58,970 nucleotides of DNA from a virus (Duplodnaviria; Caudoviricetes). A program made the position numbers and the translations under genes. Where the stretch lies: positions 1-58,970 of IMG/VR virus record IMGVR_UViG_3300037882_000913; one strand, given 5' to 3'. The notes beneath the pieces are model-generated. The model had not been told where the DNA came from. It saw nothing but the letters and a program-made list of their open reading frames with translations, and did no database searches. Positions 7,971 to 17,830 of this stretch are shown here, in pieces (the first letter of the stretch is position 1; the number at the start of each line of letters is the position of its first letter).

Positions 7971-9038
7971 ATGCCAGAAGTCGAAGAATATATTTTAACC
8001 GAGCAGGAGATAGTCGCCGTGGAGAAGGAGTGGACTAGCGGCGAGACTAGCATTAAAACCATCGTTCAGAAGGTTTGCGGCGCTAAGTATGGACTTCGCG
8101 ACCCACAAGGAATCGCTGTTAAAAAGTATTTGTCCCAGAGAAACGGGTTAGTCGCTCCCAGAACTGACGCGGACGCCTTAACTCAAACTCAAAAAGATTT
8201 CATCGAAAAACATATTATGATGAGGCCGCTTGAAATTACGCGGTTGCTTTTTGATGACGATAAGATTCAAATTACGTCCCCCCATTTTAGGAGCGTTAAA
8301 GCTCACTACGATTCTGTAGAGTCTGAGGATAAACCAAGTGAAATTCAGAAGGAGTCTAATGATATAGCGGACACTTCCTATTATTCGCCCAAAAGCTTTG
8401 GCAGCATTTTAAGGCGCGTAAACGAATATACTTCGGCCAACTACCGAGAAGAGCGTATGACGCCCGCCCAAAAAGAGAATATGGGTCGCCTCATGTCCTA
8501 TATGGCGACTAACAGGTTCGTCCATGAAATGAATATCTTAAAAAGAGTTAGCGAGCGTAAGAACTTTGAGGCTACCTTCGTCCGAATGTGCTATGACAAA
8601 CCCGACTTGACGGAAGAAGAAGTTGAGATGTATGTAAACTATTGTTCAGGGTGCGTCTCAATTGATAGGATGAAAAAGGAAGAGGCCGACCTAATAGATT
8701 ACAAAGACGAAATCATGCGCGAAGACAAAACGCCTCCCATGACAATTATCGAAGCTATTAATAATACTAGGACGCAAATTGACAGTAAGCAGAAGTGGTT
8801 AAGCAAGACTCTACAAGAATTGAACGGTAAAAGGTCCGACCGCCTTGGGAAATTGGCTAGCAACAGCGAGAGCGTGTTAAAACTAGTCGAAGCGTTCCGA
8901 GAGGGCAAGAGCAGAAAACAAACCCTACAGTTTTTGGAGTTTAGAAAAGAGGCTAGGTCAAAAGAAATAGACCGTATTACAAATATGGATGATTTCCGCG
9001 CCCAGATTTTCGGCATTTCACCAGAGGAGGCTAATTAA
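7971..9038 (+). CDS. Helical protein; terminase small subunit candidate
   Basis: Abuts the terminase large subunit; coiled-coil-like C-terminus; function inferred from position only. Confidence 0.45.
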   Translation: MPEVEEYILTEQEIVAVEKEWTSGETSIKTIVQKVCGAKYGLRDPQGIAVKKYLSQRNGLVAPRTDADALTQTQKDFIEKHIMMRPLEITRLLFDDDKIQITSPHFRSVKAHYDSVESEDKPSEIQKESNDIADTSYYSPKSFGSILRRVNEYTSANYREERMTPAQKENMGRLMSYMATNRFVHEMNILKRVSERKNFEATFVRMCYDKPDLTEEEVEMYVNYCSGCVSIDRMKKEEADLIDYKDEIMREDKTPPMTIIEAINNTRTQIDSKQKWLSKTLQELNGKRSDRLGKLASNSESVLKLVEAFREGKSRKQTLQFLEFRKEARSKEIDRITNMDDFRAQIFGISPEEAN

Positions 9039-10964
9039 ATGGGGTGGGAAACAGGAGTCGAACGAAGAGATAGACCCACGGACCTATTGGATAGGTTAAA
9101 AGAAATTAAAGGCGACATATCTGAGGTAAAAGCAAGAGAACTCCTTGGAGAAGTCTTGGAATATGACCTTGGGTTCACTTGGAGTCTTTTAACTGGCGGC
9201 GAATATCAAATATGGCCGTTCCAAGAAATTCTTCTAAAAGGTTGGTTTAAGAAAGACTACTCTCTTGTGGTTGCTGGTCGTGGTGTCGGCAAAAGCTACC
9301 TATTGGCGATTTTTATTCTCCTATATTTGATATTCAGCCCCGGCGCTAAAGTAGTTTTAGTCTCCTCGAATTTTCGTCGGTCGAAAGATATTTTCGGCCA
9401 GATGGAGAAGTTTCTAAGTCATCCTAAGTCAGTATTACTTCGGCAGTGTTTTGAAACTGATAATAAGGCGGGCACTAAAGTTAAAATAGGTAAGGACCAA
9501 TCTGGATGGACTCTCAAGTGTTTGAACGAGGCTATTGTAAAAGGTTTGCCTCTGGGTGGCGGCGAGAACCTTCGCGGAGAGCGTGCCAACGTGCTTTTAA
9601 TTGATGAGGGATTATTGGTGTCGGAGCACATTCAAAAGACCATCCTTAAGCCATTCTTGACCGCAAAACTCAACGCTAAGGAGCAGTTTCAGACTAAAGA
9701 GCGAGAAGATAAGATGATTGCGGCGGGCGCGATGAAGGAAGAAGATAGAACAATCTTCGCGAATAATAAGATGATTGTTACCAGTTCGGCCTCGTATCAA
9801 TTTGAGTATTTATACGAGGGTCTTTTCGTTCCCTACCTAGACGCAATTAGAGGTAAGAAAAATAAGAAGAATGAGGAGGAAGAAAAAGAACTTTCAACAA
9901 CTCCTACTCATTTTGTAGCCCGACTAGCCTATAATGCGCCGCCTCCCGGTTCTATTATGGACGAGTCTGCTATTAATGAAGACGTTAAAGGCAAGGAGCA
10001 TAATCCAATTGTCCGAAGGGAGTATGGGGCCGAGTTTGTGGATGCTAGCGACAGCTATTTTGACATCAAGAAACTTCACGACTGCACAGTGCCGTCTGGT
10101 CAGTATCCTACAGTTCAGCTTTACGGAAGCAAGCGGGCGGAATATATCCTCGCGTTGGACCCATCTTACGGAACCGCCAAGACCAGTGACTATTTTGCAA
10201 TGGGCGTATATATGATAGTTCCCGAGGACCACAGAATCTATCAAGTTCATTCGTATGGCAAGGCGGGTTCTGATATTTCTGAGCATTATGAATATCTAAC
10301 ATACGTCCTGACTCATTTCAACATTGTTTGGTTTGTAATTGACGGTTCGGGCACTGAGTTTATTAACGGATATAATAATTCCGTGATTGCCGAGAAGCAT
10401 AACATTAAGCTCGGGTATATAGGCGCAGATTTGGCCGCTGATGACCATTCTGATTATAATAAGGCGATTCGTGCAGCTAAAAACGAATGGAACTTAACTA
10501 CTAAGCGAATTGTTTATGCTCAGCCATTCTCCGCTCCTACGCTACGTACGATGAACGAATATCTTCAAGATGGAGTTTCGTCGGCTAAGGTGTGGTTCGG
10601 TTCGGGCATTCAACATAACGAGTCTTTATACGAAAGCGTTATAAATAACTTTAAGTTACCATATCCGTTTAAGGACGACAAGGATAAGACATATGATTTG
10701 GTTGATTTTATTGATGACCAAGAAGATTGGGTAGCCCAAACCAAGCGCCAGATGGCGCTGATTGAAGTTAAGAGTATCGGTAATGGTAATACTCTTCAAT
10801 ACAACATCCCCTCGCACTTGAGAAAAGCGACTAGCGAGAAAAGGGCTCGTCGTGATAACTATACATGCTTGCTCATGGCGTATTACTCTAGTAAACACTA
10901 CTTCAACATAATGAAAGCAGAAGAGCGCCCGCCAATGCCTACTTTTCTGCCCGTTTCTTTCTAA
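9039..10964 (+). CDS. terL: Terminase large subunit
   Basis: AGRGVGKS Walker A, LRGERANVLLIDE Walker B, ILALDPS RNase H-like nuclease motif. Confidence 0.93.
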   Translation: MGWETGVERRDRPTDLLDRLKEIKGDISEVKARELLGEVLEYDLGFTWSLLTGGEYQIWPFQEILLKGWFKKDYSLVVAGRGVGKSYLLAIFILLYLIFSPGAKVVLVSSNFRRSKDIFGQMEKFLSHPKSVLLRQCFETDNKAGTKVKIGKDQSGWTLKCLNEAIVKGLPLGGGENLRGERANVLLIDEGLLVSEHIQKTILKPFLTAKLNAKEQFQTKEREDKMIAAGAMKEEDRTIFANNKMIVTSSASYQFEYLYEGLFVPYLDAIRGKKNKKNEEEEKELSTTPTHFVARLAYNAPPPGSIMDESAINEDVKGKEHNPIVRREYGAEFVDASDSYFDIKKLHDCTVPSGQYPTVQLYGSKRAEYILALDPSYGTAKTSDYFAMGVYMIVPEDHRIYQVHSYGKAGSDISEHYEYLTYVLTHFNIVWFVIDGSGTEFINGYNNSVIAEKHNIKLGYIGADLAADDHSDYNKAIRAAKNEWNLTTKRIVYAQPFSAPTLRTMNEYLQDGVSSAKVWFGSGIQHNESLYESVINNFKLPYPFKDDKDKTYDLVDFIDDQEDWVAQTKRQMALIEVKSIGNGNTLQYNIPSHLRKATSEKRARRDNYTCLLMAYYSSKHYFNIMKAEERPPMPTFLPVSF

Positions 10965-11863
10965 TGCTATCTTTAATTGATAATATAGAACGCCCAGACC
11001 GTAAAGATTTCATCAAGCACTTGCGCGAAAATGGTTTGTCCTTAAAAGAGTATTGCCTTAAATACTACGCTCGGAAGGACTTACTGACTGGAGATGATAT
11101 TGAGTATAAAGATGATATTCACTATATCAACTCTACTTTTAACTCTAGGGAGAATATGGTCAAACACTTTCTGGCGGGCGATTGTCGGGAAGATATAGAA
11201 AAAACTATTAGGGGTCGTGCCGCTATTAAGTCTTTCATGTTCGCCCCCTCGACGGTAGAAACTAGGACGAGTATTTTGCCGAGCCCCGCTCTTCTTTTTA
11301 AGCTAGGAATAGATTATAATTCTTTCAACGAATCTTTAGGGCTCAAACCTAGATACAATTATCACCCAACAATAGAAAAGGTGGCCGACCCTCTACATAT
11401 TCTAGTTGATACTAGGGAACAGAATCCATTGCAGTTATCGTGCAAAACCTCAGTGGCGAAACTTGACGTGGGAGATTATTCGTGCCAGAACCACTTCAAC
11501 AACTGTTTCATAGAAAGAAAGAGTTTGGAAGATTTCTGCGGCACTATGTCTCAAGGATTTGATAGGTTTAAGCTAGAAGTAGAGCGGGCGGATTCTTTGG
11601 GATTTCACCTTGCTGTTCTCGTGGAGGAAAAGCTAGAAACATTAATGCAGATAAATGTGGCAAATAACCATAAATTTATTAAGGGGCCGCCAGAGTTTTA
11701 TCTAGCTAGGATGCGAACGCTATGCGAACAGTATGGTAATGTCCAATTCTTATTCGTAGGTGGTCGCTATGAATCCTCTAAGATATTACAGGAGCTTTTT
11801 AGGATAAAAGGCGGGTTTTCTAGGTTAGACCTCCAATTTTTATATGATAACCATCGCATTTGA
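10964..11863 (+). CDS. ERCC4/XPF-type nuclease domain protein
   Basis: ILVDTREQ, GDYS, IERKSLEDF. Confidence 0.88.
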   Translation: MLSLIDNIERPDRKDFIKHLRENGLSLKEYCLKYYARKDLLTGDDIEYKDDIHYINSTFNSRENMVKHFLAGDCREDIEKTIRGRAAIKSFMFAPSTVETRTSILPSPALLFKLGIDYNSFNESLGLKPRYNYHPTIEKVADPLHILVDTREQNPLQLSCKTSVAKLDVGDYSCQNHFNNCFIERKSLEDFCGTMSQGFDRFKLEVERADSLGFHLAVLVEEKLETLMQINVANNHKFIKGPPEFYLARMRTLCEQYGNVQFLFVGGRYESSKILQELFRIKGGFSRLDLQFLYDNHRI

Positions 11864-11877
11864 GTGTATAATTGATT

Positions 11878-13860
11878 ATGCCACGACCAAAGAAAATTAA
11901 AGAAGCCGCACAAGCGACCAACGCTCTTGGCGCGTGGATTATGCCATCTTTCGCAGATGAATCAAACGATAAGGACAAAGATTTTGCTTTCGCCGCGTCC
12001 CGTTCGCGCTCCGAAACCCTCAACTCTCCATCCCAAAGTTACCCCAACTTAGATAAGTTTCTAACTCCTTTTAAGACCGGCTCTAGCTCATCCTACATGG
12101 ATTCTAGGCAAGCAATTCGTCTATGCGTAAAAGCTTATTGGGCGTTCCCACTTCTTCGCAACGTCGTCGAGGTAATGGGAGAACTCTCTAACAGTAATAT
12201 CTACCTAGAGGGCGGCAATAAAAATACTAGGGACTTTGTAACAGCTTGGTTTGAGAGAGTTAATCTCTGGCACCTAAAGGAACAGTTTTTCAGGGAGTGG
12301 TTCCGTTCTGGTAACTCTTTTATTTATAGGTTTGACGCGAAAATCCCAGAGTCGGAAGCTAAGAAAATGACTCAAGTATATGGGTCTTCTGGTAAATATA
12401 CGATTCCCATTAAATACGTTTTAATGAACCCGGAAAGTATTCTGGCGGGCGGGGACTTGATGTTTGGAACCCCGGCCTATTATAAATCACTTTCCTCTTT
12501 TGAGATTGCGAAACTCAAAGCTAAGGACACAGATGAATCCAAAGACTTTTTTAATTCTCTGGACCCCAAAACCAAAAAAGCCATCAATGAGTCTGCGGCG
12601 GCTATTGAAATCCCACTTGACCCAAAGCGCCTCTCGCCACTTCTTTATAAGGCCCAATCTTACGAGGCGATGGGCGTTCCTATGGCGTTTGGTGTTATTA
12701 ATGACATAGAGACTAAGCTAGAGTTCAAGCGTATTGACCTATCCATCGCTAGGACAACTGAGCGTGCGATGTTACTGGTGAATATCGGAGAGCCCGAGAA
12801 CGAGTATAACCAAGGACGTAATTTTAATCCAGCGGTTGCTGATGTAATTCGGAACCTATTCCAAAACGAAAGCGTTGCTAGAACCTTAATCACTGACCAT
12901 ACGGTTAAGGCGGAATGGTTAATCCCTGATATTGGTAAGATTCTAGGTGCGGAAAAATACGAGCAGCTTGACAAGGACATTAACACCGGGCTTAACGCTA
13001 TTCTTTTTGATTCTGGTGAGAAGTTCGCGAATACGTCTATTAAGGTTCAGGTATTCCTAGAGCGGCTTAAAGAAGCCCGCCAAGCGTTTCTCCATAACTT
13101 CTTGCAACCCGAAATCAAGCGCGTTTGCAAAGCAATCGGAGCTAGAGTTTATCCAACGGCGGTATTTGAAGACCTTTCTCTTAAGGACGAACTTCAATAT
13201 TCTAAGCTCGCGGTTTCAATGGCTCAGTTAGGATTCTTAGCGCCCGACGAGCTTTTTGAAGCTATGAAAAGCGGCAAAATGCCAACTCCAGAGACTTCAC
13301 TAGAAAGCCAAGAGCGTTTCAAAGAACAGCGTCAGAACGATTTATACTTACCTTTGGTTGGCGGCGCTTCCGAATTGACACGCAGACAGGTAGAAACCGC
13401 TGATAAAGTAGCTAAAATCACGGCCAAACAAGCCCTTCAAATGCCAGCCGCCAAAGCTCCCGGTGTGGCGGGGCGGCCAACTGGAACTAAATCGCCCAAG
13501 GCGGCCACTAAACCATCTCCTATTGGTTCTTCTAAAGCTTCTTTTAGCGTCAAAGCTTTGACAAATCTTAGCAATCAGGTTTCGCTACTTCATTCAAAAG
13601 TGGACGCGGCGGTTAAGACTAAGTTCAAAATTACTGAAACTAACGCTACTCAAGCGGCAGTAGTAAAAGAAATAGTGGCGGGCATTATTTCAAACGAAGA
13701 GGCGGCCAACTGGGATAAGTGTGTTGCTTCGTATGTCAAGAAGCCAAAAGACTCAAGCGAAGAAGTAAAGAAAGAAATTGAGGACATTCAGATTGAACAT
13801 GATGTTGACTATTACTCAGCGGCAATCCTAAGATTATCATCAAATGAACTTTTCGATTAA
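11878..13860 (+). CDS. Portal protein
   Basis: Size and position after terminase; EWFRSGNSFIYR and GVPMAFGVI portal-like motifs. Confidence 0.8.
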   Translation: MPRPKKIKEAAQATNALGAWIMPSFADESNDKDKDFAFAASRSRSETLNSPSQSYPNLDKFLTPFKTGSSSSYMDSRQAIRLCVKAYWAFPLLRNVVEVMGELSNSNIYLEGGNKNTRDFVTAWFERVNLWHLKEQFFREWFRSGNSFIYRFDAKIPESEAKKMTQVYGSSGKYTIPIKYVLMNPESILAGGDLMFGTPAYYKSLSSFEIAKLKAKDTDESKDFFNSLDPKTKKAINESAAAIEIPLDPKRLSPLLYKAQSYEAMGVPMAFGVINDIETKLEFKRIDLSIARTTERAMLLVNIGEPENEYNQGRNFNPAVADVIRNLFQNESVARTLITDHTVKAEWLIPDIGKILGAEKYEQLDKDINTGLNAILFDSGEKFANTSIKVQVFLERLKEARQAFLHNFLQPEIKRVCKAIGARVYPTAVFEDLSLKDELQYSKLAVSMAQLGFLAPDELFEAMKSGKMPTPETSLESQERFKEQRQNDLYLPLVGGASELTRRQVETADKVAKITAKQALQMPAAKAPGVAGRPTGTKSPKAATKPSPIGSSKASFSVKALTNLSNQVSLLHSKVDAAVKTKFKITETNATQAAVVKEIVAGIISNEEAANWDKCVASYVKKPKDSSEEVKKEIEDIQIEHDVDYYSAAILRLSSNELFD

Positions 13861-14167
13861 GCTAAAGCAAATTGACCTCCCAGAGCTTTCTGGATACATT
13901 GAAAGCGTGTCTTCTGGAGTGGCACCGTCCGTAACCCTAAGTGGAATAACGGGATACTTTCAGAACGTGCCATCTGGAGTTAGCGGAGTGGACATTTCTT
14001 GGAGTTCGCGTCCACTTTACCTGAATATGACGGTTCAAAGCTCGGGAAGTAACGACCCACTCCTAGTGGGGAATCTTCGCGGCTTTAACGCTACTGGATG
14101 CTCGTTCCTACTTTCGGATTCAACTCCTAGCGCGAATTATTATTTGCATCTCAGCTATCCAATTTAA
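13844..14167 (+). CDS. Small SG/TG-rich virion-type protein
   Basis: 107 aa; 8 of 10 glycines are preceded by S or T. Confidence 0.65.
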   Translation: MNFSIKLKQIDLPELSGYIESVSSGVAPSVTLSGITGYFQNVPSGVSGVDISWSSRPLYLNMTVQSSGSNDPLLVGNLRGFNATGCSFLLSDSTPSANYYLHLSYPI

Positions 14168-14188
14168 GTTTTCCGTGTAAAGATTAGC

Positions 14189-14788
14189 GTGAAGGCGATT
14201 CTTCCATTACTAGCTTGCGGTCTGTTTCTCTCTGGATGTCAATCCACAGCGAAGAAGCATCGCGAACTCGTAAACCAAGGGATTGCTCAAATAGACGAGA
14301 GTTTGAAACATGGTCGCGTTGATTTAGCTAGAAAATATGCGACCACACTACGCACCGCCAATCCAAGCAAAACGGTAATTCACGTCAAAGACTTCAACAA
14401 CGGAACAAAGAAATATGTTGTCCTTCCAGTTGACTATGACGGAAAGCCCCTGCTAACCCTAGACTCTCCAGAGTACAAGGAGATAGTTAATGAAAACAAA
14501 GAGTTAAAAGAGCAGGTTGCACAAGAAGTGGAGCAGTTCCAGAAATACGAAAGGAAGACCCAAGATATTGTTCGTAAAGCTAACGACGAACTTGAAACTC
14601 AAAAACGCTCTGGTTTTTGGGGATGGTTCCTAGCTTTAGGAAGTTTCGGTTCAATAGCGGCGGCTATTGCCGTTTGTGTGTTTTTCCCAGCGGCCCAGCC
14701 TCTTATCGCCAACATACTCCAAAGTTTAATCGGAGGCGTAAATTCTACTATCAAAATGATTACTAACCTCTTTAAAAAAAATGATTAA
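14189..14788 (+). CDS. Lipoprotein with a C-terminal TM segment; unimolecular spanin candidate
   Basis: Lipobox LFLSGC; coiled coil; hydrophobic FWGWFLALG...CVFFP; next to holin and endolysin candidates. Confidence 0.65.
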   Translation: MKAILPLLACGLFLSGCQSTAKKHRELVNQGIAQIDESLKHGRVDLARKYATTLRTANPSKTVIHVKDFNNGTKKYVVLPVDYDGKPLLTLDSPEYKEIVNENKELKEQVAQEVEQFQKYERKTQDIVRKANDELETQKRSGFWGWFLALGSFGSIAAAIAVCVFFPAAQPLIANILQSLIGGVNSTIKMITNLFKKND

Positions 14789-15176
14789 GCACCGCTTAGG
14801 AAGCCGCAAACTTTGGATGACTCTTGTCGCAATGGCTATCAATGCCGGGGCATATTATCTAGAAGTCCAACACCTTTACTCTTTTATCACTCCAGAACAG
14901 ATTGCAGCCTTTTCGTCTCTAAGCAAGGATTTTCACTATGTTACTGCGGTTATCCTAACTGGATATTTAGGTTTGCAGAGCGTTCTTGACTGGAAGAACA
15001 CCACGTCCTCAACAGTGTCTCAAGTTACATCGTTTGTTTCTGAGAAAATTGATAAGAAGGAAAAGATAGATATTGATGAGACAATCAAGGCTCTAGACGT
15101 TCACGTTGAAGTATTAGAAGAGGGCATGAACGCGCCATCACTTAAACCATTTGGAAACTATGCAAACGAAGACTAA
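14781..15176 (+). CDS. Holin candidate
   Basis: SRKLW followed by two hydrophobic segments and a charged tail; directly upstream of the endolysin. Confidence 0.65.
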   Translation: MIKHRLGSRKLWMTLVAMAINAGAYYLEVQHLYSFITPEQIAAFSSLSKDFHYVTAVILTGYLGLQSVLDWKNTTSSTVSQVTSFVSEKIDKKEKIDIDETIKALDVHVEVLEEGMNAPSLKPFGNYANED

Positions 15177-15831
15177 AGAAGTTGTCCGTAAAATCATTAA
15201 CTGCTTTGAAAACGGCAAAGCGGAATCAGATTACTCATCTGTTTACATCTATAAAGACGGGCCAAACCAAGTAAGGCAGATTACTCTAGGGTTTGGCATC
15301 ACTCAATATGGGAATATGCGCCGCCTATTGGAGATTTATAAAAATGATGGAGGTAAATTCTCTGATAAGCTATCTCCGTATATTACAAAGATGGGCGATT
15401 CTTCTACGGTAAATGATAAGCAATTTATTGCTGACTTGCAAAAGGCGACTCGCGAAGACCCTATTATGAAGGCAGCGGAAGATAAGGTTTACGAGGACGT
15501 TTATCTTAAAGGTGCGATTAAATTTTGCGAAGATAATGGGTTTGTGACTCCTATGGGATTAGCGGTTGTGCTTGATGGGGTAGTCCACAGCGGAAAAATT
15601 CTAGACAGTCTTAGAGCTAAGTTCAATGAAACAACGCCAAGACAAGGAGGCGATGAAAAAGTTTGGTTACGAGATTATTGTAAGGCCCGCAGGAGTTGGC
15701 TAGCAAATCATAGCAGAACAATTCTTCACGGAACCGTGTATCGCATGGACTTCTTCTTAAAACAAATGGCGGCTAATAATTGGGATTTGGTGGGAGAAAT
15801 GCGTCCAAATGGAGTTAAGATTTCCAATTAA
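15160..15831 (+). CDS. Endolysin, chitosanase (GH46)/lysozyme-like fold
   Basis: INCFENG...Y...DG..RQITLGFG; VVLDGVVHSG; TVYRMD. Confidence 0.8.
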   Translation: MQTKTKEVVRKIINCFENGKAESDYSSVYIYKDGPNQVRQITLGFGITQYGNMRRLLEIYKNDGGKFSDKLSPYITKMGDSSTVNDKQFIADLQKATREDPIMKAAEDKVYEDVYLKGAIKFCEDNGFVTPMGLAVVLDGVVHSGKILDSLRAKFNETTPRQGGDEKVWLRDYCKARRSWLANHSRTILHGTVYRMDFFLKQMAANNWDLVGEMRPNGVKISN

Positions 15832-15860
15832 CAGATTTTTAGTGTAGCACAAAGACAGAC

Positions 15861-16259
15861 ATGAAAGAAAAACAAAACAAATTCTTCGATTTCCTAGAAA
15901 AAGTAAAAACCAAAACTTCCAAGAAAGTTAAAAAGGCAGATAAGGCGGCCAAAGCTTCTATGGGCGATTGCATTGAAGTTGAGCTTAAGGTTGAGGCGGA
16001 GGTTGATGAACCCGAAGTAACTCAGGAAGACCTTGATTGGATTCGTTCGCAGATTGAGTGGGTTCGGATTGATATTAACGATTTGTATAATATGCACTTT
16101 CGCCACATGGAAGGACATATTCCAGCTATCGTAGGCGCGGATAAAATGAATACTGCGTTAGAGGCGTTGGGCCTAGCTAACGATTACAAGGTAGAAAAGA
16201 AGACTATCTATGCTAGTGACGGTTCAATTGCCAACGTAGAGTGGACCTTAAAGAAATAA
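15861..16259 (+). CDS. Hypothetical head-module protein
   Basis: GTGTA motif at 15842; TAATG coupling to the protease gene. Confidence 0.7.
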   Translation: MKEKQNKFFDFLEKVKTKTSKKVKKADKAAKASMGDCIEVELKVEAEVDEPEVTQEDLDWIRSQIEWVRIDINDLYNMHFRHMEGHIPAIVGADKMNTALEALGLANDYKVEKKTIYASDGSIANVEWTLKK

Positions 16260-17824
16260 TGAACAAATTTTCAGGGAAGCGCGAACTCAAAGAAAAGGCC
16301 AAATTCACGGCTCTCGCCCGCTGCCCGCTTGGGCGGCTACCTGACTCTTTTCTCGCGAAGGCGAGCTTGACTAGCTTGAAGTCTTTACTTCCAGAGGGTC
16401 AAGAGAAGTTTCCAGACTTGCTTGCTATCGCGGGCAATGCGTTTGTCGCTAATCTTATTAATGGGAATGGGGATTCCATCTCTACGGAAGATGCTCTTCT
16501 ATTATATCCCACCTTTGTTAATAAGCCCATTAACCTAGAGCACGATGCGGAAAAGATTGTTGGGACAATTACAAAGAGCTTCTTAACGGCTTTTGATTCT
16601 AACTATAAGTTGGGCGCGGGTTCCGAACCAATCGAAGAGAGCGCGATTAAGGATTCTCAAAACCCATTTAACGTTGCAATCGGCGGTTATGTATATGCTG
16701 ATATTTTCCCGCACATTGCTGAGAAAGTCCAAGCATCAAATGACCCAGAATCATCTGACTACCTAACTGTTTCGTTCTCTTGGGAAGTTGCGTTTGACAA
16801 ATGGAACCTACTAGTTGGCTCACGCGAGTATTCGACAGCGACAGTAATTAGCGATGAAGCGGAAATAGAAAAGTGGACTCCTTACCTAAAAAGCAAAGGC
16901 GGCTCGGGAAACCTTCCAGACGGAAGGGTTGTTTCGCGCCAGATTGTTTGGGCTAAAGATGAAGATGGAAAAGTTGACCCAGATAGTTTATATGGTGTTG
17001 GGATGGCGTTAACAATGGCTCCAGCGGGCCAAGTGCGAGGCGTGGTGACGGAAGACTTTGCTAGCAATGAGGTTACGAAAGCTAATGCTAATTCAACAGC
17101 GAGCGAAAATAATCAAAATAATATTTCCATTTCCGAAAAAATCGGTGTAACAGAAAATACAAATATACAAATGAAGTCACTTAAGACCATTGATGATGTG
17201 AAAGCCCTTAACGATGAAAACGCGAAAGAATTTTCTTTTGCCAACATCGCTAACGTGCTGGACGCGGGAGTTAATAAACTCCTAACGGACACTATTTCTG
17301 AAAAAGCCAAAGCTCACGAAGCTGAACTTGAAGCTAAGAAAAACGAACTAGCCGATACTAAGAAGTTGGCGGAAGACGCTCAGGCGAGTGTCGCTGAACT
17401 TTCTAAGAAAAACTCGGAGCTAGAAACCAAGCTTAATGAACTCGTGCAGGCGCAGCAAATTGCTGCCGCTTCGCAGACCTTCAACGAGCGCATGACCGCT
17501 TTTGATACCAAGTATGAGTTGACTGATGCAGACCGTAAGGCAATTGCTAGTCGCATTAAGGGTCTTAGCCAAGAAGATTTTGATAAAGTCGCCACGGAAG
17601 AGCTTGAAGTTCTTTTGGCCCCCAAAGACAAGGCAGTTGCGAAAGAAAAAGCAAAGGCAAGTGTTGAAGAGCCAACCGCCGCACAAATTGCACAAGACGC
17701 GCTTGATAAAGCGGTCGCTTCGCAAGGCCAGCAAGTGCCGAACTCCGCTTCGGACGCACCAGATATCGCAGAGAAGTATAAAAATGCTTTCTCCTTAGAG
17801 AACATTACGAAATCAACTAAATAA
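16259..17824 (+). CDS. Prohead protease fused to a C-terminal scaffold
   Basis: NGNGD, KPINLEHD, SFSWE and GMALTMAPA protease-like motifs; coiled-coil C-terminal half. Confidence 0.85.
   Translation: MNKFSGKRELKEKAKFTALARCPLGRLPDSFLAKASLTSLKSLLPEGQEKFPDLLAIAGNAFVANLINGNGDSISTEDALLLYPTFVNKPINLEHDAEKIVGTITKSFLTAFDSNYKLGAGSEPIEESAIKDSQNPFNVAIGGYVYADIFPHIAEKVQASNDPESSDYLTVSFSWEVAFDKWNLLVGSREYSTATVISDEAEIEKWTPYLKSKGGSGNLPDGRVVSRQIVWAKDEDGKVDPDSLYGVGMALTMAPAGQVRGVVTEDFASNEVTKANANSTASENNQNNISISEKIGVTENTNIQMKSLKTIDDVKALNDENAKEFSFANIANVLDAGVNKLLTDTISEKAKAHEAELEAKKNELADTKKLAEDAQASVAELSKKNSELETKLNELVQAQQIAAASQTFNERMTAFDTKYELTDADRKAIASRIKGLSQEDFDKVATEELEVLLAPKDKAVAKEKAKASVEEPTAAQIAQDALDKAVASQGQQVPNSASDAPDIAEKYKNAFSLENITKSTK
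17171..17824 (+). CDS. Nested in-frame scaffolding protein
   Basis: Internal GTGTAA (17145) and AT-rich leader before an in-frame ATG at the start of the coiled coil. Confidence 0.65.
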   Translation: MKSLKTIDDVKALNDENAKEFSFANIANVLDAGVNKLLTDTISEKAKAHEAELEAKKNELADTKKLAEDAQASVAELSKKNSELETKLNELVQAQQIAAASQTFNERMTAFDTKYELTDADRKAIASRIKGLSQEDFDKVATEELEVLLAPKDKAVAKEKAKASVEEPTAAQIAQDALDKAVASQGQQVPNSASDAPDIAEKYKNAFSLENITKSTK

Positions 17825-17830
17825 TACTAT

